Source of the DNA: a bacterium
Lineage (GTDB): Bacteria > Hinthialibacterota > Hinthialibacteria > Hinthialibacterales > Hinthialibacteraceae
Direction: 5' to 3'
Assembly: GCA_963662285.2 (NCBI GenBank)
Contig: CAXXMV010000006.1
Span: forward strand, 1,632,001 to 1,696,000
Length of the DNA stretch: 64,000 nucleotides
The notes beneath the pieces were generated by a model that was given only the letters and a program-made list of their open reading frames with translations, was not told where the DNA came from and did no database searches. Position 1 is the first letter of the stretch. Each line of letters begins with the position of its first letter. Made by a program: the position numbers and the translations under genes. Shown piece after piece: positions 41,367 through 50,773 of this stretch.

Positions 41367-42800
41367 TTACCGGATATGAACAACCACCCGCTGATATCTC
41401 GTTAATGGCGGTGTACCTTTATCTGTCACTTCACAGATAATATGAATTGTTTTCCCTTTGCCGGCATTGTTTGGGACTATGAATGATGCATCCTGTTTCC
41501 CTGCATCATTAATTTCAACGGCGCCATCGAAACTACCCGCTTCCTCATATTGCCACCAACGATACGTCAGATTATCTCCATCAGGGTCGCTTGTTCCTTT
41601 TGCGCTCAGTTTTACGGTAGCGCCCGGTTTAGCCTCAAGATCCAATGCATGTCCGAGCATAACAATTGGCGCATGATTTGCATCCTCATACGATTTAACG
41701 CACCAGTCTGCGCGAGCTGCAAAATCGTTTTGCAAAGCATCCGTCCAGCGCCACATCGGTTTGAAATACAACCGACGCTGCTCTGGTGTAGACGTTGAAC
41801 TTTTCCGCAGGCTGTTTCGTCCCCATCCAGTGCTCCCGTACCATCGTCCGCTTGGATGCGTATATCCTGAGACTGGAACTGGATCGAGCCATGTGTTTTC
41901 ACGAACCCGCACATAACGTCCGCCCCATCCTCCCCAATCTGGCGACTCCATGTTGCGCAATCCAGTCACGATTGTATGCAGAAAGGCTGGCGAATCACCT
42001 TCTGAGCGGAAATCCCCGTTTTCTTGCGCCGCATAGATTGAACACAATGGCCCATGGTTTTCCAATATGTTTTTCTTCATCCACGCACCCTCGAAATATT
42101 TCTGCATTTCCTCTGGCTGAGCCTGCTTCCAGCGATACGCTATCGCCTCGAACTGATCCGAAATGATTGTTGGAATCTCATACTTTCTCCAATGTGGATG
42201 AATATATTCTTGATAGGTTTTATCCTGCTCCCAAATAAAGAAGAACCGCATCTTCTTTGCGGCCTCTGCCATTCTTTCGGGATGTTCATCTTCGATAGTT
42301 TTCAGTGCACGGGCAATCGTGTTCATCCCGCCCCACGCTTGCAGCCAAACCGGTCGATTATCCGTCTTATCTAGCAATACCTTCACGATAAGCTGCGATC
42401 CTGCCGTGGCCTCTTCCATATCTCCTTCAGACTTCACATTCCCCAGGACCGTGCGCTCTCGCAGGTATTGAGGCGTCGGATATTCTGGATCGTGTTTTAT
42501 CAGGTTTGGATAAACCTTTGCATATGCATCCAAATCTGGATTAATCCAGTCATCCCCGGCCCACTTGTGTCCATGAGCGTGATACTGGGAACTCGAAGAG
42601 ACGATTCCCTCTACATCGCACTCATTCGTATATAGAAGGAACCTAATCATGGAGCACTGGTCATCAATCTCTCCATCGCTTGTGACAATAACACGTGGTT
42701 TTTCCCATAGCCTTGTGTTCTGAGCAAATGCATGATCGGCATTTAAGATCACGCATAGTAGAACCAATACAACATTAAACAAAATTCTTAATGCTTTCAT
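41367..42800 (-). CDS. DUF1593 secreted protein
   Basis: TSDGEIDD, DVEGI, WGGMNT, EGDSPA, GGWGGRY, NDFAARADW. Confidence 0.85.
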   Translation of the reverse strand: MKALRILFNVVLVLLCVILNADHAFAQNTRLWEKPRVIVTSDGEIDDQCSMIRFLLYTNECDVEGIVSSSSQYHAHGHKWAGDDWINPDLDAYAKVYPNLIKHDPEYPTPQYLRERTVLGNVKSEGDMEEATAGSQLIVKVLLDKTDNRPVWLQAWGGMNTIARALKTIEDEHPERMAEAAKKMRFFFIWEQDKTYQEYIHPHWRKYEIPTIISDQFEAIAYRWKQAQPEEMQKYFEGAWMKKNILENHGPLCSIYAAQENGDFRSEGDSPAFLHTIVTGLRNMESPDWGGWGGRYVRVRENTWLDPVPVSGYTHPSGRWYGSTGWGRNSLRKSSTSTPEQRRLYFKPMWRWTDALQNDFAARADWCVKSYEDANHAPIVMLGHALDLEAKPGATVKLSAKGTSDPDGDNLTYRWWQYEEAGSFDGAVEINDAGKQDASFIVPNNAGKGKTIHIICEVTDKGTPPLTRYQRVVVHIR

Positions 42801-43160
42801 GAACGTATTTCTCCCTTATAAATAAAAACGGTTAAGTTGTTTTTTTCAACAGAATTCTTAAGTTCGATTACTGTTTATTATATGGCGTCGACAGAAATAT
42901 TAATAAAAAACCAATTTAGCCATTAAATTAACGAAAAATAAAAAATATATAGTTATTATATGATAGAAAATGATGGGATTCTACACGTTTTTCTTGATAT
43001 TTATATCGGATACTAGCTCAATGACCGCATTAAATCCAATACGAAAATAATTATAACTCCATGGTTTTTCATGTGTTAAATGGAAAACATCATTGATGTC
43101 CTGTATGGACAGTTATTATGTGATAGAAATAAATCAACGGGGAAAAGAATCGTTAAATAT

Positions 43161-44330
43161 TTATTTAACTTTCTTGATATATTCGATCATCCTAACTTTG
43201 CCCATACGTTGTTCAAGGCTTTTTACTTTGTGGTAGCCTGTGCCATAGGGGTTATCGGTGCGGGCTTCTAGGTGTTCGAGGGTTTTGGGGAAATTCTTGA
43301 TATGCAGAATCTGGGATGAGACCCATTGGGCGAAGCCTTCCAGTATTTCGAGCGACTGATTGTTGATGCAGTTTTCGGATTGCCAGGCATGGGCGTATTC
43401 ATGCGCCGCAGTATCGTAAAGCATCTCTTTGGGCAGACCATACAAGAGAAAAATTTCTGATTTGCCATTTAAGCGCCGGTATAAACCCAATTCCTTGCCA
43501 AATAAGGGGCTGTCGCCATTTTCTCCCTTTTTGGCTTTATTGGCTTGAATTGACGACTTGCTATTCATCGGTTTAATTTGTAGTTGATAGGGAGTGTTGA
43601 CTTTCAAGCCTAAATGCTTGACGCAAAGTTGCTCTACTTCAGCCATGATTTGTTTTATCTGCTCTACGTCATATACCGCACGGTTATTGCAGTTAATGCA
43701 TACTCTTCGTCCATCATCGAAGCGAAAATGTTGTTTACCCAGGGGGACGCCGCAGGAATAGCATTTAGGATTGTGGTTTTTGCACTTTTCGCAGAATAGT
43801 TGGTCTGAGGAATCGAATTTATAGTAGGTTCCAACAATGGGTTTGCCGCATGATCCGCATAAAGGCAGTTTAGCGAGACACTCATCGCATACGGATTTTC
43901 CCCCATCAAGGCGATGCAGGTTGCCGGGGCGGTCGCATACTGCGCAACGGGGATAACGGTTATAACAGTGGCTGCAATATTTCTCTGAACCATCCTTGGA
44001 TTGGTAGTATTTTCCATTAATACGCCGGTTGCATATATTGCAAAATATTGAATTATCATAACATGGCTTGCAAAGGATTTCACCTTTGATTTTAACCAGG
44101 TCCTTGTTGTGAAATGGCAGGCCGCAGGCTTTGCAATGCAGTAGTTGTTTGTCGCACTTCTGGCAAACCAGTAATTTCTTATTGCCATCCAGGCTATAAG
44201 AAACATACTGTCCCTGAATGGTTTTACCGCATCGACCGCACTGGAGTTCTTCAGCCATAGCTTTAACCGATAAGAAGGCTATGGCTATGAAGACCAGTAA
44301 TATTATGGAATATTGGACTTTTAGATTCAT
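43161..44330 (-). CDS. Secreted or membrane-anchored protein with LIM-like CxxC repeats and a DA1-like zinc metallopeptidase domain
   Basis: Hydrophobic N-terminus; about 12 CxxC pairs; LLYGLP...AAHEYAHAW...EGFAQW...YGTG. Confidence 0.8.
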   Translation of the reverse strand: MNLKVQYSIILLVFIAIAFLSVKAMAEELQCGRCGKTIQGQYVSYSLDGNKKLLVCQKCDKQLLHCKACGLPFHNKDLVKIKGEILCKPCYDNSIFCNICNRRINGKYYQSKDGSEKYCSHCYNRYPRCAVCDRPGNLHRLDGGKSVCDECLAKLPLCGSCGKPIVGTYYKFDSSDQLFCEKCKNHNPKCYSCGVPLGKQHFRFDDGRRVCINCNNRAVYDVEQIKQIMAEVEQLCVKHLGLKVNTPYQLQIKPMNSKSSIQANKAKKGENGDSPLFGKELGLYRRLNGKSEIFLLYGLPKEMLYDTAAHEYAHAWQSENCINNQSLEILEGFAQWVSSQILHIKNFPKTLEHLEARTDNPYGTGYHKVKSLEQRMGKVRMIEYIKKVK

Positions 44331-44404
44331 ACTTCTAATTATATCGCATGTTCAGATCATCAACAATGAAAACCAGTCATGTAACAATGACGGATAGAAA
44401 ATTT

Positions 44405-45559
44405 CTAATCCTGACGGGCATGAGGACAATCTTTATTTTTAGAAAGTATTACAGTTTGGTAAAGGTCTACGTATTGTTGAGTAATTAAATCAAGGTTGAA
44501 TTTGTTTATGATATGTTTACGCGCCGCTTGTCCCATGGTTCTCTGTAATTGAGGATTTGTCAAAATGCGAATGGCGGACCGGGCTAATTCCTGAATATCG
44601 CCAATGGGTTGCAGAAATCCGGTCACTCCATCTTGCATAACTTCAGGAACGCCTCCAACTCTAGTGCTCACTACAGGAACGCCACAGGACATGGCTTCAG
44701 CGATGGTCATGCCGAAAGACTCGCTTTCAGAAGTGGATAGCAGTAAATCCGCTTTTCGTAAAAGTCCCGTTACATTATTCAAAGAACCGGCGAATTCCAC
44801 TTTCTTTTGCAAACCCAATTGATTGACAAGCAATTCGGCAGAGGATTGTTCAGGCCCTTCACCAGCTAGAATTAATCGAACCGGAACCGATGCAGCGATT
44901 AAATCAAATACTTTTATGATATCCAAAATACGTTTTACCGGTCGGAAATTACTCAGGTGAACTATTGTTTTTGTAGTATTCTGCCAGCGATCATCGTTGG
45001 CCGGTGGAGAATAAACATCCGTATCTATAGGATTATGAATGACATGGATTTCTTTTTTTATATTAAATTGCTCTAAAGTCGATTTTTTCAAATCATGACT
45101 GACAGCTGTCACCTCATCACTGGCGTCAATGCTGAATTCAACCACTGGTTTGTAGGATGGCATCTGCCCCACCAACACAGAATCGGTTCCATGCAGGGTA
45201 GTGACAACCTTAAGATGCTCGGCTTTTTTACAGAGCATCTGTTTGGCCAGAAAGGCGGATGTGCTATGAGGAACGGCGTAATGGACATGAAGGATATCCA
45301 GGGGATGCTCCTCAATAGTCTGGTAGATAGTAGAGGCCAGCGCCAGAGTATAAGGAGGAAACTTAAATAATGGATAGAGCGGTACATCTACATGATGATA
45401 GTGAAATTCTTCAGTGGCGTCTTCGAGTTTACGGGGGAGATCATAACTGATGAAGCAAATATTATGACCTTGTCTGGATAATGATTTCCCCAGTTCTGTG
45501 GCGACTATGCCGCTGCCGCCAATCGAGGGATAACATACAATACCGATATTTAGACTCAT
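44405..45559 (-). CDS. bshA: N-acetyl-alpha-D-glucosaminyl L-malate synthase (GT4)
   Basis: IGIVCYPSIGGSGIVATELG, HVHYAVPH, TTLHGTD, HLSNFRPVKR, ESFG; ATG 45559 overlaps the upstream TGA. Confidence 0.88.
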   Translation of the reverse strand: MSLNIGIVCYPSIGGSGIVATELGKSLSRQGHNICFISYDLPRKLEDATEEFHYHHVDVPLYPLFKFPPYTLALASTIYQTIEEHPLDILHVHYAVPHSTSAFLAKQMLCKKAEHLKVVTTLHGTDSVLVGQMPSYKPVVEFSIDASDEVTAVSHDLKKSTLEQFNIKKEIHVIHNPIDTDVYSPPANDDRWQNTTKTIVHLSNFRPVKRILDIIKVFDLIAASVPVRLILAGEGPEQSSAELLVNQLGLQKKVEFAGSLNNVTGLLRKADLLLSTSESESFGMTIAEAMSCGVPVVSTRVGGVPEVMQDGVTGFLQPIGDIQELARSAIRILTNPQLQRTMGQAARKHIINKFNLDLITQQYVDLYQTVILSKNKDCPHARQD

Positions 45560-47502
45560 TTTTGCATAGATCCATGGGCTATGAGGGATGACTGCGCCAA
45601 ATCGACGCATTGAATAAAATTCTTAATGATAGTTTTCATTTCAGGAACAATAGAAGAATATTTATGAAGGATCAACTCGAGGAAAGCGTTTCCGCTATCG
45701 TCTCTCGCCCGTGCAGTACGTTGACGAACAAAATAGACGTGTTGCACTGATCCGCCCAGTAATGGATCGAATAGTTCCTGTCCGCACATTTTTATCCAGA
45801 TATTTTCAAATTCATTAAATAAATCATGCGCCTCTTGCTTGTTAAGGTTTTGTTGTGAAAGAATGATTTTCCAGCGGTCGAGCATCGCGAGCAGTGAATC
45901 GCATGATTTTACGGAATCTTCTAGAATCTGACGTCCATGCTTTAACTTATCAATCACTTCCTGGTAGGGAGGCTGCGGCTTATGTTGTTTGAAACTGTCA
46001 AAACGTTGTGAAACGCCAGTGTCTTTTAAGTGAGTCTGTAAGGCCTCCTGTAAGGGCATACGCTTCATTCCCTTGATTAACGCGCCGCCTTCAGTGGCAT
46101 CAATGATCTCAACATTCGATTGAGCAGCGGTTTTTTCCAGCGCCCGGATATAGAGGGAGAAGGGAACTGTGGTGGGCACTTCGTCACCATAATAACCTGG
46201 AACCAGGGTCATTTTACCCGATTCAGCTATAGCTTTGCCTGCTTTACCGCCAATATTAACAGTTCCATCCTGCTGCATGGGATCTATGGTACGGGATACA
46301 GCGCCATCCTGGGCATGAGTCGTTCCTCCATTACGAGGGAAAGCCATGTCGAAGCCGATCAAAATTATGGGAGAGCATCCCATATGCAATGCCAGATTAA
46401 GGGCAATATGCCCTACATTCATGGCGCGTTCCATGCGCCCATTCACCTCATCAAGGTCGAATAGATAATCCAGCAGTGGAATATTGGGATCAAACAGGGG
46501 AAGCAGGTATGGGTGATCGATATATTTTTGAGTTATAGCCCGTTGCGATTCTGGGTGGAAGGCCAAAATTGAATTGCCCAGATTATCGATTTTTTCAAAG
46601 TGACTGAAATTCAAAGGAGTTGGGTCAGCCGTAATGACCACATCGGGAATAAAGCCATGTTTTTTAAAAGTGATTTGCGCCGTGTCGACAATAAAAACAG
46701 CAGCGTTGTCATTAAGCGCCTTCAACTGATCAATGTTTTTATCCAGCGAAGGACCCGCAGCAGAAACGATGGCGGGGACGCCCTGCATCAATCCCTGGCA
46801 ATCCTTCAAGGCGTATCCTTTTATCATGGCAGGCAGATTCATGTAGATATTGAACTGGTTGCGTCCCTGGTTCTCCATGTTGGTGCGCATGTTGACTTCA
46901 TCATGAGTCAACATCTGCAGTAAGGTTTCCTTTATTGAATTGTAATAGTTTGGCGACATCCGCAGAGATTGAGAATGAGACAGGAAATGGCAGTTATGAA
47001 TAATCATATCGGAGCGAACATCAGTCAAATGCTCAGCAAGACAATCGGCTTCCGGTTCAGCGCCAATGATGAATAGGGTTCCTTCGCGATTGATTATGGA
47101 ACGCATATCCAGGGAAGATAATGCAATCCACATTATGCGTGGATCCTGCTCTATGATGATTAAATGGCGTAATAGTCTTTGTTGTTGCTTAACCAATGTA
47201 TGCAGGTGATAACCTAAGCCCATTCCCAAAACCGCTATATTAGTAGGAGTTTCCAATACTGCGCTTTCAGCCCAACGCTGCGCTTCGCGTAAAGGATCAT
47301 AAGCGCTGTGCAACAGTTCCGGTTTACCGCTTTCGGGCGAGATGACGCGAAGCGAGGGCGCCGATGTCTTGGTGCGTACTATTTCCGCCTGAAAACCCGC
47401 CAGATCAATAGACCGCATGGTTGCGGCAAGTTGTGGGGAATTTGCATTAAGGGCAGTAAGGTTTAATTCTAATATGCTGTTTGTCAATGACAAATACCTC
47501 AA
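45556..47502 (-). CDS. Motility-associated factor (Maf/DUF115) flagellin glycosyltransferase
   Basis: LHSAYDP.REA, LGMGLGY, AAGPSLDKNI, GCSPIILIGFD, DATEGGA; follows the mot genes. Confidence 0.85.
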   Translation of the reverse strand: MRYLSLTNSILELNLTALNANSPQLAATMRSIDLAGFQAEIVRTKTSAPSLRVISPESGKPELLHSAYDPLREAQRWAESAVLETPTNIAVLGMGLGYHLHTLVKQQQRLLRHLIIIEQDPRIMWIALSSLDMRSIINREGTLFIIGAEPEADCLAEHLTDVRSDMIIHNCHFLSHSQSLRMSPNYYNSIKETLLQMLTHDEVNMRTNMENQGRNQFNIYMNLPAMIKGYALKDCQGLMQGVPAIVSAAGPSLDKNIDQLKALNDNAAVFIVDTAQITFKKHGFIPDVVITADPTPLNFSHFEKIDNLGNSILAFHPESQRAITQKYIDHPYLLPLFDPNIPLLDYLFDLDEVNGRMERAMNVGHIALNLALHMGCSPIILIGFDMAFPRNGGTTHAQDGAVSRTIDPMQQDGTVNIGGKAGKAIAESGKMTLVPGYYGDEVPTTVPFSLYIRALEKTAAQSNVEIIDATEGGALIKGMKRMPLQEALQTHLKDTGVSQRFDSFKQHKPQPPYQEVIDKLKHGRQILEDSVKSCDSLLAMLDRWKIILSQQNLNKQEAHDLFNEFENIWIKMCGQELFDPLLGGSVQHVYFVRQRTARARDDSGNAFLELILHKYSSIVPEMKTIIKNFIQCVDLAQSSLIAHGSMQK

Positions 47503-47544
47503 AGGTGAGATGAAATAATCAACATGATTTTTGTATGTTTTAGT

Positions 47545-48360
47545 TTATCTGATCGGAAGAAAATCTGAGTCTTCGGGGACTTTCCTGGTTTCCTCTGAAC
47601 CTTCAAGAATACCCGTAATTGATTCGGAATTGGTGCTTTGCAAAAGCACAATTTCAACACGACGATTTAAATCCTGATACTCTGGAGTAGTTTCCGGGAA
47701 GCGCGGTCTATTATCTGAACAAGACATGATGCTGAAGCGTTTTCCATCTATACGCACTTCGGGATTGGTTACTTCATCACGTAAATAAACCATAGTGTTA
47801 AAAGCGCGTCGATAGGCCAGGGTCCAGTTATCACGGAAACTGGAGTTACGCATCGGAGCTGAATCGGTGTGACCTTCGATGCGAATATCCTGATTCTTAA
47901 AATCCATCAAAATCTCAGCAATAGCATCAAGATGTTTTTTACCTTCTTGTGATAACATAGCCATACCACGAGCAAAAAGAATCCGACCGGAAAGAGAAAA
48001 ACGGATTCCTTCCCGGACGCCTTCCACGATTATTTCACTGGAAGACTCGTTAGAAACAAGTTTGGAACGTGCTTTTTTAGCAATGGCTTCTTTGGCCCGT
48101 TCAATAGTTTTATTACGTTGCGTAGGTTCAGATTTCTGTGGTTGTATGCTCACTGGGGGTACGAAGGCCATGTTGTACATACCCGGTATTCGGCCCAGAG
48201 CGCCCTGAATAGATGAAATGGCTTGAACAAATTTCTCTTTTTCAATGGTGGACATGGAAAACAAAAGAACGAAAAAGCAAAGCAGAAGCGACATCATATC
48301 TGAGAAGGTGCACATCCATTCGGGCGCGCCGCCGCTGCTTTCTTCTTCTTTTTTGGGCAT
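47545..48360 (-). CDS. motB: Flagellar stator B subunit (MotB/PomB), copy 2
   Basis: WMCTFSDMMSLLLCFFVLL TM helix with conserved Asp; OmpA-like IEGHTD, NW.L...RA, NRRVEI. Confidence 0.92.
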   Translation of the reverse strand: MPKKEEESSGGAPEWMCTFSDMMSLLLCFFVLLFSMSTIEKEKFVQAISSIQGALGRIPGMYNMAFVPPVSIQPQKSEPTQRNKTIERAKEAIAKKARSKLVSNESSSEIIVEGVREGIRFSLSGRILFARGMAMLSQEGKKHLDAIAEILMDFKNQDIRIEGHTDSAPMRNSSFRDNWTLAYRRAFNTMVYLRDEVTNPEVRIDGKRFSIMSCSDNRPRFPETTPEYQDLNRRVEIVLLQSTNSESITGILEGSEETRKVPEDSDFLPIR

Positions 48361-48377
48361 GGTAATGCTCCTTAATA

Positions 48378-49184
48378 CTATTCGCTATTAATAAGTAGTA
48401 ATGGCGTACGAGGATCTTTCACGATAGGATCATAAAAGAATGTCCCCTCTCCCTGGTCTGTTTGAATAAGAATAATTTCTACTCGCCGATTGAGAGCCTG
48501 TTCGATTCTTGTTTGACGTTCATGCAAATTAGGCAAAGGTTTATTATCGGAAAATGCTTCATAACTGATGCGCTCTTTTTTAACCTGACCATAGGGACAA
48601 CCAATTTCAATCAGGAATTTCATCACGGCATATGCCCTTTCCGCCGACAAATGCCAGTTGCCATCTTTTTCAGAGTGCGGGGAAGCATCCGTATGTCCCT
48701 CGATTCTGATGGGATTAGAGGGAAATTGAATCAGTTCACTTGCAATTTTATCAAGAGCTACGATTCCTTTTTCAGTAATAATGGAACTGCCTTTTTCGAA
48801 AAGGGCGTCTCCGGATATTCTAAAAGTAATGCCCTGTTCCACTCCGGTTACTTGAACAACGTTTTGTAAGCTCCATGATCGAACTTTTTGGCGTTCTTCC
48901 ACGCGCAGTTCATCTTTGCCATAAGATTTCTTGCGCTTGGGCTGCGCAGGCCGGGATAACTCCGGCTGAGTGTGTTTGTCAGGGATGTTTTCAACAATAT
49001 ATGGAGCTGGTTGTCCTCCGAAGGCCGCCTTGAGAGAGGCCATCGCCTGTATTTTTTTCTTCTTTTCGATAGTGGACATGGAAAAGAGCAGAACGAAAAA
49101 GCAGAGCAGGAGAGACATCATATCCGAGAAGGTGCACATCCATTCGGGCGCGCCGGCGCTGCTTTCTTCTTCTTTTCTGGGCAT
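48378..49184 (-). CDS. motB: Flagellar stator B subunit (MotB/PomB), copy 1
   Basis: Same TM motif; IEGHTD, NWHLSAERA, NRRVEI. Confidence 0.92.
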   Translation of the reverse strand: MPRKEEESSAGAPEWMCTFSDMMSLLLCFFVLLFSMSTIEKKKKIQAMASLKAAFGGQPAPYIVENIPDKHTQPELSRPAQPKRKKSYGKDELRVEERQKVRSWSLQNVVQVTGVEQGITFRISGDALFEKGSSIITEKGIVALDKIASELIQFPSNPIRIEGHTDASPHSEKDGNWHLSAERAYAVMKFLIEIGCPYGQVKKERISYEAFSDNKPLPNLHERQTRIEQALNRRVEIILIQTDQGEGTFFYDPIVKDPRTPLLLINSE

Positions 49185-49210
49185 CGAACTGACTCCTGAT
49201 TATCTGATTA

Positions 49211-49975
49211 CTATTCTTCTCTTGGCGGTCTAATGCTAGGCGCCAGGAATGCCAACAGTTTCTGTTCCAGGATGCGCGGGTTATCGCCCGCCTGGATGGA
49301 CATGACACCTTCGATGGCTACTTCCTTAAGCAATATTTCATCTGATGACCGCGCCTTTAGTTTACCAGCTAATGGAATAAAAGCCAAATTGGCCATCATA
49401 GCTCCATAGAGTGTTGTTAATAGGGCGATAGCCATAGACGGACCTATAGTGCTGGCGTCTTCCAGGTTGCCAAGCATCTGCACCAAGCCAACCAGCGTAC
49501 CGATCATACCCAGAGCGGGTGACGCCGATCCCATATAGGTAAGTATTGATTGTCCGGTCCGGTGACGGTCTTCAATAAAGGCCAATTCCGTCTGGAGAAT
49601 ATCCTTGATAAGTTCCGGTTCAACGCCATCAACCGCCAGACGTAGACCGGAGCGGATAAAATCATCTTCAATCTCATCCATTGAACCTTCAAGCGCCAGG
49701 ATTCCTTCACGACGGGCGCGTTCAGCGAAACTGACGAGCGTGCTTACGGTATCTAAGGGAGATAAGGCGGCGTTGAAAAAGGCGTTCTTTAAAACTCCAA
49801 CTAAACCCAACACAGTCGGTAGAGGGAAATTAATCAGAGTTACGGCGAATGTACCACCGATAACAATCAATACTGACGGGGTATCGATGAAATCCATGAA
49901 ACTGCCGCCAGAGATAATAGCCGCCGCCACAAGACCGAATGCGAGAATAAGACCGACAACTGTCGAGAGATCCAC
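49211..49975 (-). CDS. motA: Flagellar stator A subunit (MotA/PomA)
   Basis: ARREGILALE, PALGMIGTLVGL, ALLTTLYG, GDNP. Confidence 0.95.
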   Translation of the reverse strand: MDLSTVVGLILAFGLVAAAIISGGSFMDFIDTPSVLIVIGGTFAVTLINFPLPTVLGLVGVLKNAFFNAALSPLDTVSTLVSFAERARREGILALEGSMDEIEDDFIRSGLRLAVDGVEPELIKDILQTELAFIEDRHRTGQSILTYMGSASPALGMIGTLVGLVQMLGNLEDASTIGPSMAIALLTTLYGAMMANLAFIPLAGKLKARSSDEILLKEVAIEGVMSIQAGDNPRILEQKLLAFLAPSIRPPREE

Positions 49976-50009
49976 AGGTTAACTCCCTATGCGTTACTTA
50001 TATCAGAGA

Positions 50010-50207
50010 TCAGCTTTTTAATAAATCCTTGAAAATATCCCGTTTATACGCTACGCACTTATTACGAACTTCTTCCATTGATTCACTAACCAAATACTTA
50101 CGTCCTGTCGCCATTGATATTACCGTATCAGGCGTCTCTTCAAGCGTCTCGATCAATTCTGCATTCATCATGAAAGAAGAGCCGTTTAACTTTGTTAATT
50201 GAATCAC
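50010..50207 (-). CDS. flbD: Flagellar FlbD/SwrD family protein (an in-frame upstream extension to 50348 is possible)
   Basis: GTG at 50207 with AGGAG RBS; IQLTKLNG..F..NAELIE.LEETPDTVI...G.KY.V.E. Confidence 0.88.
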   Translation of the reverse strand: MIQLTKLNGSSFMMNAELIETLEETPDTVISMATGRKYLVSESMEEVRNKCVAYKRDIFKDLLKS

Positions 50208-50489
50208 GCCATTTCTCCTATACATGACTCCGGGTAAGAATTTCCTGACCTCGAACTCAGGAATTGGTTTTGAGAATTCCTGGCTCAGTTGATCACGAAT
50301 ATTTTTGACTCTTTCTTCATCCAGAGGACCCAAAACCATGAACATCAACCACCTTGATTAAATAATATCGCTATATGTTATATTACATTCGATGTAATTT
50401 CAAACCATTATTAATATTTTTTCAATAATTTTATATAACAACCATTATTAATCATAATTGTAAATGAACATATCTTTTATAATCATTTT

Positions 50490-50735
50490 AGTCGTGCGTT
50501 TAATTGTTTTTTACATTGCGTTTTTAATTTGCCTAAACCATAGCCCTTTCAAGGTGGGAGTGGGTGCTTGCTTACCTGAATTTACCGTAGGTAAGAATAC
50601 TATCCGCTATTATATAGACTATACGCTTGTTCCCAATAGCATGCAACACTGAAATCGATGTGAAATTGTAAACAATGGAGAATATCAGGTAGAGTAATAA
50701 AACAAACCGGAAGCCATTAAATGACTCCCGGTTTT
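50490..50735 (+). ncRNA. Candidate rod-shaped small RNA convergent with flgE
   Basis: TATAAT at 50478-50483; nested stems from 50503 to 50676 with G-U pairs on the plus strand; ends at the 50704-50735 hairpin. Confidence 0.3.
50704..50735 (-). terminator. Intrinsic terminator after flgE (possibly bidirectional)
   Basis: Minus strand aaaccgggagtcat-tta-atggcttccggttt followed by gtttt. Confidence 0.7.
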
Positions 50736-50773
50736 ATGATGGTATGAGTTAATTAATTCTATTGCGTGAATTA

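Noticed and set aside
50464-50652. 62-aa hydrophobic ORF
   Set aside because: No RBS, T-rich composition explains the hydrophobicity, and it starts upstream of the TATAAT box.
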